Shown piece by piece: positions 1 through 9,100 of a DNA stretch of 24,434 bases. The translations under genes were made by a program, and so were the position numbers. Within the stretch, counting starts at the first letter, position 1. Every line of letters starts with the position of its first letter. The stretch comes from an uncultured Bacilli bacterium (GTDB lineage Bacteria; Bacillota_I; Bacilli_A; RF39; UBA660). The notes beneath the pieces were generated by a model. It was not told the origin of the DNA and did not search any database. It was given only the letters and a program-made list of their open reading frames with translations. Where the stretch lies: contig CANRJI010000001.1 in the NCBI GenBank assembly GCA_947630885.1, positions 1 to 24,434 on the forward strand. The letters are read 5' to 3'.

Positions 1-2
1 AC

Positions 3-842
3 GATGAACTCGGCGATCCCCTGCTGAATGAATATCACGCGCTTGCGCTGAATCTTGCAACCGCGGAAGAAATTAAGGAAATACCAGTCGCTGATATTAG
101 ACCAAATCCTTATCAACCACGAAAAACTTTTAATGAAGAAGCACTTAATGAACTTGCTCAATCAATTAAAAACTTTGGTGTATTTCAGCCCATTATTGTT
201 AAAAGAAGTATCAAAGGTTATGATTTAATCGCAGGTGAGAGAAGACTTAGAGCTAGTAAAATCGCGGGTATGGAAACGATTCCTGCAATTGTAAAAGATT
301 TTACTGACGATGAGATGCGAGAAATATCACTACTAGAGAATATTCAAAGGGAAAATTTAACCGCTATCGAACTTGCTTGGGCATATAAGGGTATTATTGA
401 TAATTTGGATATTAGACAAGAAGATTTAGCACAAAAGATTGGTAAAAGTAGAAGTCATATTACGAATACTTTAGGTCTCTTAAATTTACCTGAAGATGTT
501 CAAAAGATGATTTTAAATGGCGAAATATCAATGGGTCATGCAAGAGTTTTGAGTAAGATGGAAGATACAGAAGAGGTATCAGAATTAGCAACAAGAGTTA
601 CGAAAGAGAATATGAGTGTTCACGAACTAGAAAATATTAGTAAATCGGAAGAAATTAAGAAGAGAGCACCTATTACGAGAAGAAATCCTAGTACCTCTAA
701 CAATTATGCACACGTCGAAAATGAAATGCGTGAGATACTTGGAACAAGAGTTAAAATTGACGATAAAAAGGTTTGTATTTATTTTGAAAACGTCAATGAT
801 TTGAATAGAATTTTGGAAATTATGAATATTGAAATTAAGTAG
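3..842 (+). CDS. parB: ParB/Spo0J chromosome partitioning protein, 5'-truncated by the window edge
   Basis: The frame is open from position 3, well upstream of the track's ATG at 270. It reads EEIKEIPVADIRPNPYQPRKTF...GVFQPIIV...LIAGERRLRA (ParB boxes I/II), then LLENIQRENL and an HTH (QEDLAQKIGKSRSHITNTLGLL). The first ~55 nt may not be native (see findings). Confidence 0.95.
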   Translation, partial: DELGDPLLNEYHALALNLATAEEIKEIPVADIRPNPYQPRKTFNEEALNELAQSIKNFGVFQPIIVKRSIKGYDLIAGERRLRASKIAGMETIPAIVKDFTDDEMREISLLENIQRENLTAIELAWAYKGIIDNLDIRQEDLAQKIGKSRSHITNTLGLLNLPEDVQKMILNGEISMGHARVLSKMEDTEEVSELATRVTKENMSVHELENISKSEEIKKRAPITRRNPSTSNNYAHVENEMREILGTRVKIDDKKVCIYFENVNDLNRILEIMNIEIK

Positions 843-858
843 ATTTTGCTACTTTTTT
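837..858 (+). terminator. Intrinsic terminator after parB
   Basis: AAGTAG-attttg-CTACTT stem overlapping the TAG stop, followed by a T run. Confidence 0.55.
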
Positions 859-1030
859 CTTTTTGCCTATTGATTTGTTTACATCCTGTTAACGTTTTTA
901 GTTTTATCATGATAATTTAGTCATAAATTTGTAACTAATTAGAGATATAAAATAGTAAATGTTATGATAAACGTGCGTGCAGGTTAGTTCAGTAGCAAGA
1001 ATGATGTCGATTTTTGTTTTACTTAATTGT

Positions 1031-1060
1031 TTGCAAATCACTAGGCAGTTATATTATAAT
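1031..1060 (+). promoter_or_regulatory. Sigma-A-like promoter of the cold-shock gene
   Basis: TTGCAA (1031-1036), 18-nt spacer, TATAAT (1055-1060). This implies a short 5' leader. Confidence 0.55.
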
Positions 1061-1094
1061 ATTCTTGTACGAAAGAACAGAAAGGTAAGGTGGT

Positions 1095-1310
1095 ATGATG
1101 CAAGGAAGAGTTAAGTGGTTCAACAACGAAAAAGGCTATGGATTTATTGACTACCCAGAAGGTGAAGATATATTTGTACACTATTCCGCAATTAAGCAAG
1201 ATGGATACAAGACATTATCCGAAGGACAAGTCGTTGAATTTGACCTTATTGAAACAGCTAAAGGATTACAAGCTATTAATGTTTCAGCTGTTACTAATGT
1301 TAAAGCATAA
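1095..1310 (+). CDS. Cold-shock domain protein (CspA/CspD family)
   Basis: [15 protein letters not shown] (RNP-1) and DIFVHYSAI (RNP-2); SD-like AAGGTGGT upstream. Confidence 0.97.
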   Translation: MMQGRVKWFNNEKGYGFIDYPEGEDIFVHYSAIKQDGYKTLSEGQVVEFDLIETAKGLQAINVSAVTNVKA

Positions 1311-1323
1311 GACCAAAATTAGT

Positions 1324-1358
1324 AAGATAGCACGTAGTATTAACTATCTTCTTTTTTT
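1324..1358 (+). terminator. Probable intrinsic terminator after the csp gene
   Basis: AAGATAG ... CTATCTT stem with a 13-nt loop, followed by cttttttt. Confidence 0.5.
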
Positions 1359-1371
1359 ATGTGAGGGTATA

Positions 1372-2058
1372 ATGAGATATTTAGGAAAATTAATTGGATC
1401 GTTAAAAGAAATTTTTTTGGTAACAATCGGGCAATATATTCTTTTATTTATGACTTTTGTTATTTTTGGAGAAGAAAAAGCAATAATGGTAGGAAGCATC
1501 ATTCTTCTCTTATTTCAAATGGGATATATTTATTGGAAACTTCGAAAGAGGAAAGCAATAAGAAGGAAAGGAAGATATTTTCCATATGTTTTATTGGGAA
1601 TAGGTATAGTAACTTCTTTTACGATGATAACTTGGAATCAAGGTATGAGTAATATTAGTCAAAATGATTATCCGCTTATTCTTAATATTTTGGCTTCAGG
1701 AATTGTCGGTCCAATATATGAAGAAGTTCTTTTTAGATATAGTTTAATAGATAAACTTGAAAAATTTAATAAAAAGAGAGTAGTCGTTATTCTTTTAGCA
1801 AGTGTTATTTTTGGTTTAGCTCATACGGGTCTTTGGAAAATATGGTATGGACTAATAATTGGAATAATTAATTCTTTTATATATACGAAAGATAAAGATT
1901 TATTAAAGCCAATATTTATTCATATGTCGGCGAATGTATTTGCTAATATGCTTGTTTGTTATAATGTTTGGATCTTCTTTCTAGCGGTTATTCTACTTAT
2001 TATGAGCTTCTTAATTATTAGAAGAGATAATAGGGTACTAGAAAGAAATAATTTTTGA
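1372..2058 (+). CDS. CPBP (CAAX protease/Abi) family intramembrane glutamic endopeptidase
   Basis: Motifs EEVLFR (EExxxR), FGLAH and HMSAN (HxxxN), with many hydrophobic helices. Start moved from 1138 to ATG 1372 (SD GAGGGT), because 1138 overlaps the csp gene and its terminator. Confidence 0.88.
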   Translation: MRYLGKLIGSLKEIFLVTIGQYILLFMTFVIFGEEKAIMVGSIILLLFQMGYIYWKLRKRKAIRRKGRYFPYVLLGIGIVTSFTMITWNQGMSNISQNDYPLILNILASGIVGPIYEEVLFRYSLIDKLEKFNKKRVVVILLASVIFGLAHTGLWKIWYGLIIGIINSFIYTKDKDLLKPIFIHMSANVFANMLVCYNVWIFFLAVILLIMSFLIIRRDNRVLERNNF

Positions 2059-2150
2059 CTAATAAGATAACTATGAAAGATTGAAAGATAAATATTAAAA
2101 GGTATAGGAAAAAAGCAAAGAAAATGGTAAAATTTTGGGCACTCTTTTTC

Positions 2151-2179
2151 TTTACTTTTTATTTTTTTTATTATACAAT
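2151..2179 (+). promoter_or_regulatory. Sigma-A-like promoter of the dnaB-dnaI-dnaE-gmk cluster
   Basis: TTTACT (2151-2156), 17-nt spacer, TACAAT (2174-2179); SD AAGGGGA follows. Confidence 0.5.
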
Positions 2180-2202
2180 AGACGTGAGAAAGGGGATAGG
2201 GG

Positions 2203-3489
2203 ATGGAAAAAAACAACTTGATGCCCGCTGACAGCTACGTCGTTATCAATAAGACGATTTTGCATGATGAAGACCGAAAGATTTTATCAACTTTATATTT
2301 ACCGGTTATTGGAATAGAAGCGACTACTTTATATTTGACTTTATGGGCTGACTTAGATAATGCACAGATAGTAAGTAGAGACTTTTCTCATCAGAAACTG
2401 GTGTCAGCACTTCGAATGACAATTGGTGAAATTGAAAATGCGAGACATAAACTTGAGGCCATTGGTTTAATTAAGTGCTATGTTAAAAAGGGAAATATTA
2501 ATAACTATGTATATGAGCTATATTCGCCAGTTAGTGCAAGTGAGTTTTTATCGCATCCTGTTCTCAATATTGTCTTATATAGTAATATAGGAAAGACAGA
2601 ATATGATAATTTGATTAAATCTTTTAAATTACCAAGATTTAATATGACTAATTATACAGATATTACAAAGAGTTTTGATGATGTCTTTGAATCGGCAAAT
2701 CTTACTTCTTATGATTTGTCACTCGAAGATATTCGTAAATATAATAAACTCAAACTCAATATTAATAGTAACTTCGACTTTAACTTTCTTATAGGAGCAA
2801 TGCCTAGGAATATTGATACGGGAAGAGTATTTACAAAAGATATAAAGGAACTTATTATCAATTTGGCTTTTATATATGATATCGATGCTGTTAAAATGGC
2901 TAATATTGTTAAAGGATCTTTTAATGAAAGGGGAACTATTAATAAAGAGGAATTAAGAAAGAGTGCTAGAAATTATTATCAATTTGATAATGGAGGAATT
3001 CTTCCAACGATTATCGATAATAGTCAACCTGAATATTTGCGAAAACCAATTGGTGATACATCGAAGAAGGCAAGAATGATTTATACTTTTGAGACGATTT
3101 CGCCAAAGGAATTACTAGTTAGTAAGAATAAAGGTAGTGAACCGACGAGAAGAGATTTAAAATTAGTTGAAGATCTTCTTATCGACTATCAATTGAAACC
3201 TGGTGTCGTCAATGTTTTAATCGACTACATTTTGAATATTAATGAAAAGAAACTTACCAGAAATCTTGTCGAAACACTCGCAGGAGAATGGCAAAGACTC
3301 GGTATTGAAACGGTCGAGGAAGCAATGAATATTGCTGAAAAGGAATTTAAAAAGCGAAATAGAAAAAATGTTCGAACGGAAACAAAAATTAGTAACACTC
3401 CCGATTGGTTTGATAAAGATATTACCAAAGATAAGATTAATGATGGCGAAGAAAATCAGTTAGAAGAATTACTAAAGGAGTATAAGTAA
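2203..3489 (+). CDS. dnaB: Replication initiation and membrane attachment protein DnaB (Firmicutes type)
   Basis: N-terminal LSTLYLPVIGIEATTLY and LEAIGLI; C-terminal DnaB_2-like PGVVNVLIDY...LAGEWQRLGIETVEEAM. Its stop overlaps the dnaI start (TAATG). Confidence 0.92.
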   Translation: MEKNNLMPADSYVVINKTILHDEDRKILSTLYLPVIGIEATTLYLTLWADLDNAQIVSRDFSHQKLVSALRMTIGEIENARHKLEAIGLIKCYVKKGNINNYVYELYSPVSASEFLSHPVLNIVLYSNIGKTEYDNLIKSFKLPRFNMTNYTDITKSFDDVFESANLTSYDLSLEDIRKYNKLKLNINSNFDFNFLIGAMPRNIDTGRVFTKDIKELIINLAFIYDIDAVKMANIVKGSFNERGTINKEELRKSARNYYQFDNGGILPTIIDNSQPEYLRKPIGDTSKKARMIYTFETISPKELLVSKNKGSEPTRRDLKLVEDLLIDYQLKPGVVNVLIDYILNINEKKLTRNLVETLAGEWQRLGIETVEEAMNIAEKEFKKRNRKNVRTETKISNTPDWFDKDITKDKINDGEENQLEELLKEYK

Positions 3490-4400
3490 TGAATGATGTA
3501 AAAGATATAGTTAAAAATAAGTATAAAGTAAGTGCTAGAGAATTAGAAGATAGATTTGATGAGGCTCTAGAAGATGCTACTTTTCGAAAGGTTATTAAGG
3601 GAATTAATCTTCCAAAGGAAGAACTTATTAAATATACTTCTTTATTTCAAGATGCCGCACGAGAAGTAAAAAATTGTTCAGGTTGTAAAAATATTATGGA
3701 ATGTAAAAATGCAGTAATAGGGCACGTTTACTATCCAAGTATGGAACAAGATAATCTAGTTTTTTCTTATAATGCCTGCAAATACAAAAAGAAAGTAGAT
3801 AAGGATACTGCTTATCAAAATAATGTCTTTCTTCTCGATATGCCTAAAGAAATAATTAATGCTTCAATGAAAGACATCTATACTGATGATAAAAAAAGAT
3901 TGGAAACAATTAAATGGCTTACGACTTTTATTAAAAAAAGTGAATTGGGAGAAGAAAGTAAGGGATTATATCTTACAGGAAACTTTGGATGTGGTAAAAC
4001 TTATTTAGTGGCAGCAATGATGAATGAACTAGCTAAAAAAGGAAAGAAGATTGCTATTATTTATTATCCTGAATTTTTAAGAACTTTAAAAGAACAATTT
4101 GCAGATGACTTTAGTGATTTATTTAATAGAGTTAAAAGAGCTGATTTGCTCCTTCTAGATGATATTGGAGCGGAGACGACAACGAATTGGAATAGAGATG
4201 AAATATTAGGAACTATTTTACAATATAGAATGCAAGAAAAACTTCCTACTTTCTTTACATCAAACTTATCGATGGAAGAACTTGAAAGACATTTAGTAGG
4301 AAATGATAGTGAAGGTAAAATTAAAGCAAGAAGAATTATTGAGAGAATTAAATATTTAACTGATAATATAACGATGATTGCGGAAAATAGAAGAAAGTGA
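3489..4400 (+). CDS. dnaI: Primosomal helicase loader DnaI
   Basis: Walker A GNFGCGKT, Walker B LLLLDDIGAE, RDEILGTILQYRM, FFTSN, N-terminal Cys cluster (CSGC...C...C); follows dnaB. Confidence 0.95.
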   Translation: MNDVKDIVKNKYKVSARELEDRFDEALEDATFRKVIKGINLPKEELIKYTSLFQDAAREVKNCSGCKNIMECKNAVIGHVYYPSMEQDNLVFSYNACKYKKKVDKDTAYQNNVFLLDMPKEIINASMKDIYTDDKKRLETIKWLTTFIKKSELGEESKGLYLTGNFGCGKTYLVAAMMNELAKKGKKIAIIYYPEFLRTLKEQFADDFSDLFNRVKRADLLLLDDIGAETTTNWNRDEILGTILQYRMQEKLPTFFTSNLSMEELERHLVGNDSEGKIKARRIIERIKYLTDNITMIAENRRK

Positions 4401-4409
4401 GGAAGAAAA

Positions 4410-4670
4410 ATGGTAGAAAAAAGTTTTAAAGACAATAATGGTACTTCAAAAGTAAAAATTGAAGGAAATGATGCCCCTTTAGGTGGAGACTTTGAAAGAG
4501 AAAACTATGTTATTGCCAATAGACCAAGAAAAGATAGTAAAGTTAAAGCACCAGAATTTCTTACAAAGAATATTGGTATTGGAAGTCCCGGTTTCGCTGG
4601 TGTAGCATCACTTGCGGCAATTATTGCAGTCGCGGGAGTTATTATTGCTTATTTAACACTTAGATATTAA
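4410..4670 (+). CDS. Small hypothetical protein with a single C-terminal membrane helix
   Basis: 86-aa ORF filling the dnaI-dnaE gap, SD GAGGAAG; hydrophobic tail GFAGVASLAAIIAVAGVIIAYLTL. Confidence 0.75.
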   Translation: MVEKSFKDNNGTSKVKIEGNDAPLGGDFERENYVIANRPRKDSKVKAPEFLTKNIGIGSPGFAGVASLAAIIAVAGVIIAYLTLRY

Positions 4671-4689
4671 TTTTAAAGGAGGAAATAGC

Positions 4690-7611
4690 ATGCTTACGGC
4701 TTTAGAAGTTAAAACTTGTTATTCTATTTTGAGTAGTTTAAATAGAATAGATAAACTAACAGAAAAGGCTCGAGAAGTGGGCTATTTTTCTTTAGCTATT
4801 ACTGATACTAACAATATGTTTGGAACTTATGAGTTTTATTTGGCTTGTCAAAAAAATAATATTAAACCTATTATTGGTATGGAAATTTTAAATAATAATG
4901 ATAGATTTGTATTACTAGCCAAGAGTAATGATGGGTATAAAAATTTAATAAAACTAGCAACTTTAGTATCAGAAAGAGCTTTAACAGATGATGATTTAAA
5001 AGAATATAAAAAAGATTTAATTTTGATTATGCCTTTTAGTCATTATAATCGTAATATTGTAAGTATTTTTGATGAATATTATGTCGGCTATAGGAATGGG
5101 GAAGAAAGAGATAAGATTACCGAAAAAAAGGTTCTTATAACGGACGTATCTTATTTGGAAAAAGATGACTATAGATATTTAGATTATTTATTAATGATTA
5201 AAGATGATAAAAAGATAGGGGAAATGGAACTTAATACTCATAAAGGAAAACATCTTTTAAGTAAAGAAGAATTTGATAATTTAACAGATGATGATACGAT
5301 TAAAAATATGAAAGAAATTACAGATAAATGTAATGTGACAATGGAGTATCAAAAAGGACTTCTTCCCGTATATGATGAAAAAATTAATTCATTTGATTAT
5401 TTGAAAAACTTATGTCTTAAGGGAATTAACAGAAGACTCGGGGGAAATGTTCCTAATGAATATTTGGAAAGATTAGAGTACGAATTAGATGTAATTAATA
5501 AGATGGGCTTTTGTGATTATTTTTTAGTTGTTTGGGACTATGTTAAATATGCGAAATTTAATAATATTCTCGTGGGGCCAGGAAGAGGTAGTGCCGCGGG
5601 AAGCTTAGTTAGTTATGCAATTGGTATTACTGATGTCGATCCTATTAAGTACGATTTGTTATTTGAAAGATTTTTGAACCCGGAAAGAGTTACGATGCCC
5701 GATATTGATATTGATTTTGATAGTGAAAAGAGAAATCTTGTAACAGACTATGTAATGGATAAATATGGTAGTAAAAAAGCGGTCGGTATTATTACTTTTA
5801 ATACACTAGGAGCTAAACAAGTTATTAGAGATGTCGGAAGGTGTATGGATATATCGCTACCTATTATCGATGATATTGCTAAGGCAATTACTTCAAAAGA
5901 TTTAAAAGATTCGTATGTTAAAGATTCTAAATTTTACCGATTAATTAATGCAAAAGAGGAATATAAAAGACTTTATCTTACTTCTCTTAAACTAGAAGGA
6001 TTACCAAGACATATATCGATTCATGCAGCAGGTATTGTTATGAGTAAGTATGATATCGATACGATTATTCCTTTATATAAAAATCCTCTAGGAATATATA
6101 CTTCAGCTTTTTCAAAGGACTACTTAGAGCCTTTAGGACTACTTAAAATGGACTTTTTAGGTCTTGATAACTTAACTTTAATTAGTAATGTTATCGAAGA
6201 AATTAGAGAGAAGGAAAAAATTAATATTAGTTTTGAGAAAATACCTCTCGACGATAAAAAAACTTTAAAGGTATTTTATGATGTCGATACGGATGGAATA
6301 TTTCAGTTTGAATCGGCGGGAATGAAGAAATTTCTAGCTAAATTAAAGGTTAATAGTTTTGATGATATTGCTCTTGCGCTTGCCTTATATCGTCCGGGAC
6401 CAATGGATAATATCGACAGTTTTATTGCAAGAAGAAATGGGCGGGAAAAAATAGATTATATTCATCCTGATTTGGAAGATATTTTAAAACCAACTTATGG
6501 TATTATTATCTATCAAGAGCAAATTATGCAAATTGTAAGAACACTTGCTGGTTATTCTTATGGAGAAGCTGATGTACTAAGAAGAGCAATGTCAAAAAAG
6601 AAAGAGCAAATTATTCTTAATGAAAAGCCTAAATTTATCAAAGGATGCTTAAAGAATGGTTACAGTGAAGAAATGGCTAATCAGGTCTATAACTTAATTT
6701 TGAAATTTGCAGACTATGGTTTTAATAAATCTCATTCGGTTGCTTATGCTATTGTTGCTTATAAAATGGCCTTTATTAAGACATATTTTCTTAAGTATTT
6801 TATATCGGGATTACTTACAAATGCTATTGGTAATGAAGTTAAAACTAGTACATATATCAATAGGGCGAGAAGAAGTGGAATTAAAATACTATCTCCTGAT
6901 ATTAATGAGAGTACTAATAAATATTTTGTTATAGATAATGCAATTAGATGTCCTTTAGCAATTATTAGAAATGTTGGAACGGCGGTTTCAAACGATATTA
7001 TTAAGGAAAGAGAAAAGGGTAAATTTACTGATTTTAGTGACTTTATCGTCAGAATGTATAGTACTGGTATCAATAGGAAAGTTATTGTTAGTTTAATTAA
7101 TGCGGGAAGTATTTCTTTTGGCTACAATAAAAAGACACTGATAGAAAACCTTGACAATGTTATTAATTATGCCGAAATTGCTAAAGATGCTGGACTAATT
7201 GAAATTGAAAAACCAGAAATAGAAAGATATGAAGAATATACAAAGAGTGAACTTGCCTTACTAGAACTTAAAAATATTGGCTTTTATTTGACTGATCATC
7301 CGGTAAGTAAATATAGAGAAAATAGTAATATTAATACTTCTAATGTCATCAACTACTTTGATAGAAATGTTAAAATGATTGTGATGATTAGTAATATTAA
7401 GGAAACGACAACCAAAAATAATGATGTTATGGCTTTTGTAACAGGAAATGATGAATTTGGAGAAATTCCTTTGATATTTTTTCCAACGACATATCAAAGA
7501 TTTAATAATATTAAAGTAGGAATGGTTGTGGAAATTAATGGAAGAGTAGAAAGAAGATTTGATAAATATCAAATTGTCGTAGGAAATCTTAAAGTATTGG
7601 AGGAATCTTAA
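4690..7611 (+). CDS. dnaE: DNA polymerase III alpha subunit (DnaE)
   Basis: PHP-like N-terminus (LAITDTNNMFG), GPGRGSAAGS, FERFLNPER, catalytic PDIDIDF, KMDFLGL, YGFNKSH, C-terminal OB fold; SD AAGGAGG. Confidence 0.98.
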   Translation: MLTALEVKTCYSILSSLNRIDKLTEKAREVGYFSLAITDTNNMFGTYEFYLACQKNNIKPIIGMEILNNNDRFVLLAKSNDGYKNLIKLATLVSERALTDDDLKEYKKDLILIMPFSHYNRNIVSIFDEYYVGYRNGEERDKITEKKVLITDVSYLEKDDYRYLDYLLMIKDDKKIGEMELNTHKGKHLLSKEEFDNLTDDDTIKNMKEITDKCNVTMEYQKGLLPVYDEKINSFDYLKNLCLKGINRRLGGNVPNEYLERLEYELDVINKMGFCDYFLVVWDYVKYAKFNNILVGPGRGSAAGSLVSYAIGITDVDPIKYDLLFERFLNPERVTMPDIDIDFDSEKRNLVTDYVMDKYGSKKAVGIITFNTLGAKQVIRDVGRCMDISLPIIDDIAKAITSKDLKDSYVKDSKFYRLINAKEEYKRLYLTSLKLEGLPRHISIHAAGIVMSKYDIDTIIPLYKNPLGIYTSAFSKDYLEPLGLLKMDFLGLDNLTLISNVIEEIREKEKINISFEKIPLDDKKTLKVFYDVDTDGIFQFESAGMKKFLAKLKVNSFDDIALALALYRPGPMDNIDSFIARRNGREKIDYIHPDLEDILKPTYGIIIYQEQIMQIVRTLAGYSYGEADVLRRAMSKKKEQIILNEKPKFIKGCLKNGYSEEMANQVYNLILKFADYGFNKSHSVAYAIVAYKMAFIKTYFLKYFISGLLTNAIGNEVKTSTYINRARRSGIKILSPDINESTNKYFVIDNAIRCPLAIIRNVGTAVSNDIIKEREKGKFTDFSDFIVRMYSTGINRKVIVSLINAGSISFGYNKKTLIENLDNVINYAEIAKDAGLIEIEKPEIERYEEYTKSELALLELKNIGFYLTDHPVSKYRENSNINTSNVINYFDRNVKMIVMISNIKETTTKNNDVMAFVTGNDEFGEIPLIFFPTTYQRFNNIKVGMVVEINGRVERRFDKYQIVVGNLKVLEES

Positions 7612-8181
7612 ATGAAGAAAGGAATATTTATTGCGATATCAGGTCCTAGTGGTGTCGGAAAGAATACGATTGCCGATATTCTTACCGAAAGAGGGTATGG
7701 TATCTATTCGGTATCTGCGACGACAAGAAAGATGCGTGATGGAGAAAAAGATGGAAAAGATTACTTTTTTATCTCAACTGAGGAATTTGAAAAGAAAATT
7801 GCTAATCAGGAATTTATTGAGTATACGAAATATAATAATAACTATTATGGTACTTTAAAAAGTTTTGTTCAAGATAGGCTTGATAATGGGGAAAATGTAA
7901 TTGCCGTTATTGAAATACAAGGTGGTATGAATATTAAAAGGATTTTCCCAGAAGCGGTGTTAATCTTTATTATGCCTCCTTCTTTTGAAGAACTAGAACA
8001 AAGACTAAGAAAAAGAAATACGGATAGTGAGGAAGATATTTTAAAGCGAATGGAAATTGCTCGAATGGAAATTGATTATAGAACTAAATACGACTATACT
8101 GTCGTTAATAATGTACTTGAAGACACAGTAGAAGAAATAGTAGATATTATCAAAAAAGAAATCGAAAAGAGAGATATTTAA
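7612..8181 (+). CDS. gmk: Guanylate kinase
   Basis: P-loop GPSGVGKNT, SATTRKMRDGEKDGKDYFF, NYYGT, FIMPPSFEELEQRLRKR. Confidence 0.97.
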   Translation: MKKGIFIAISGPSGVGKNTIADILTERGYGIYSVSATTRKMRDGEKDGKDYFFISTEEFEKKIANQEFIEYTKYNNNYYGTLKSFVQDRLDNGENVIAVIEIQGGMNIKRIFPEAVLIFIMPPSFEELEQRLRKRNTDSEEDILKRMEIARMEIDYRTKYDYTVVNNVLEDTVEEIVDIIKKEIEKRDI

Positions 8182-8251
8182 AGATAGAGATAATGAAATT
8201 AGAAAGATACTGCTAGTTGGGGAAGTAAAAATATTATTATTTAGATGAAAG

Positions 8252-8277
8252 AACTGCTGAAATGAAGGCAGTTTTTT
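8252..8277 (+). terminator. Intrinsic terminator after gmk
   Basis: AACTGC-tgaaatgaag-GCAGTT followed by tttt. Confidence 0.65.
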
Positions 8278-8288
8278 ATTTATCACTA

Positions 8289-8317
8289 TTGAAAAATAAA
8301 GGATTTTATTATATACT
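8289..8317 (+). promoter_or_regulatory. Sigma-A promoter of the HD-like/valS pair
   Basis: TTGAAA (8289-8294), 17-nt spacer, TATACT (8312-8317). Confidence 0.65.
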
Positions 8318-8349
8318 TGTATTAATTAATTATGGAAGTGGAGGAAGTT

Positions 8350-9099
8350 ATGAAAAGTAGTAGAATTATGAAAATATTTGAACAGTATGTAAGAAAATAT
8401 GATATGAATAATATTAATATTAAATCGAAATATTTTCATTCACTAAAAGTTATGGAAATTGTTAGAGATTTAGCGAATGGACTAGGTATTTTTTCGGAAG
8501 AAGAACTTGCCGTCTGTGAACTTATTGGTCTATTCCATGAAATTGGTAACTTTTCTAAAACTCCAAATTACCATATTGATGATGATAGTAGTGATTGTTA
8601 TGAAAGGACAATCGATGTACTATTTAATAAAAATTTAATTAGAGAAATTAGTAAGGAAACAAAATATGATAATATTATTAAGATGGCTATTTACTCTTAT
8701 GATAAGATGGGATTCCCTGAAGATATTGATGAAAAGACAAAGCATATTTGTGCTATTATAAAAGATGCTCATAACTTGGACTCGTTTAGATTATTTATTA
8801 ATTATCCTTATGTCGATACAAGAATTTCTTGTTATCCTAGTACACTCGTATACAATGACTTTAAGAATTTTAAGACAATAAGTCCAAAAATGAGTGAGAA
8901 TGCTTCAGATAGTGTCCTTGTCGTACTATCTAATATGTATGCCTTTAATTATAGATATTCTTATTACTTGTTAAAGGAAAATAAGTATATCGAAAAGATT
9001 TTTGATTCACTTACGTTTGACAGTGATGAGTTTAAAAACTTTTATAAACAGTTGATGACTGTTCTTAACGATTATGTAGATAAAAGGATTGGTGGTTAA
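8350..9099 (+). CDS. HD-domain-like protein with degenerate metal-binding motifs
   Basis: YFHSLKV...LIGLFHEIG...IKDAHNLD follows the H...HD...D layout of HD phosphohydrolases but has HE in place of HD. The likely start is ATG 8350 with SD GGAGG at 8340; the track start is 8332. Confidence 0.75.
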   Translation: MKSSRIMKIFEQYVRKYDMNNINIKSKYFHSLKVMEIVRDLANGLGIFSEEELAVCELIGLFHEIGNFSKTPNYHIDDDSSDCYERTIDVLFNKNLIREISKETKYDNIIKMAIYSYDKMGFPEDIDEKTKHICAIIKDAHNLDSFRLFINYPYVDTRISCYPSTLVYNDFKNFKTISPKMSENASDSVLVVLSNMYAFNYRYSYYLLKENKYIEKIFDSLTFDSDEFKNFYKQLMTVLNDYVDKRIGG

Positions 9100-9100
9100 A

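Noticed and set aside
843-1094. parS site or long cold-shock RNA thermometer between parB and csp
   Set aside because: No TGTTnCACGTGAAACA-like palindrome was found, and the best promoter leaves only about 30 nt of leader.
1138-1371. Track's 78-aa N-terminal extension of the CPBP protease
   Set aside because: It overlaps the csp gene in another frame and crosses its terminator; a good SD precedes ATG 1372.
9081-9100. GGTGGT before valS as a possible T-box antiterminator core
   Set aside because: It lacks the following ACC/GCG and any terminator or leader. It lies in the last codons of the upstream ORF and is better read as the valS SD.
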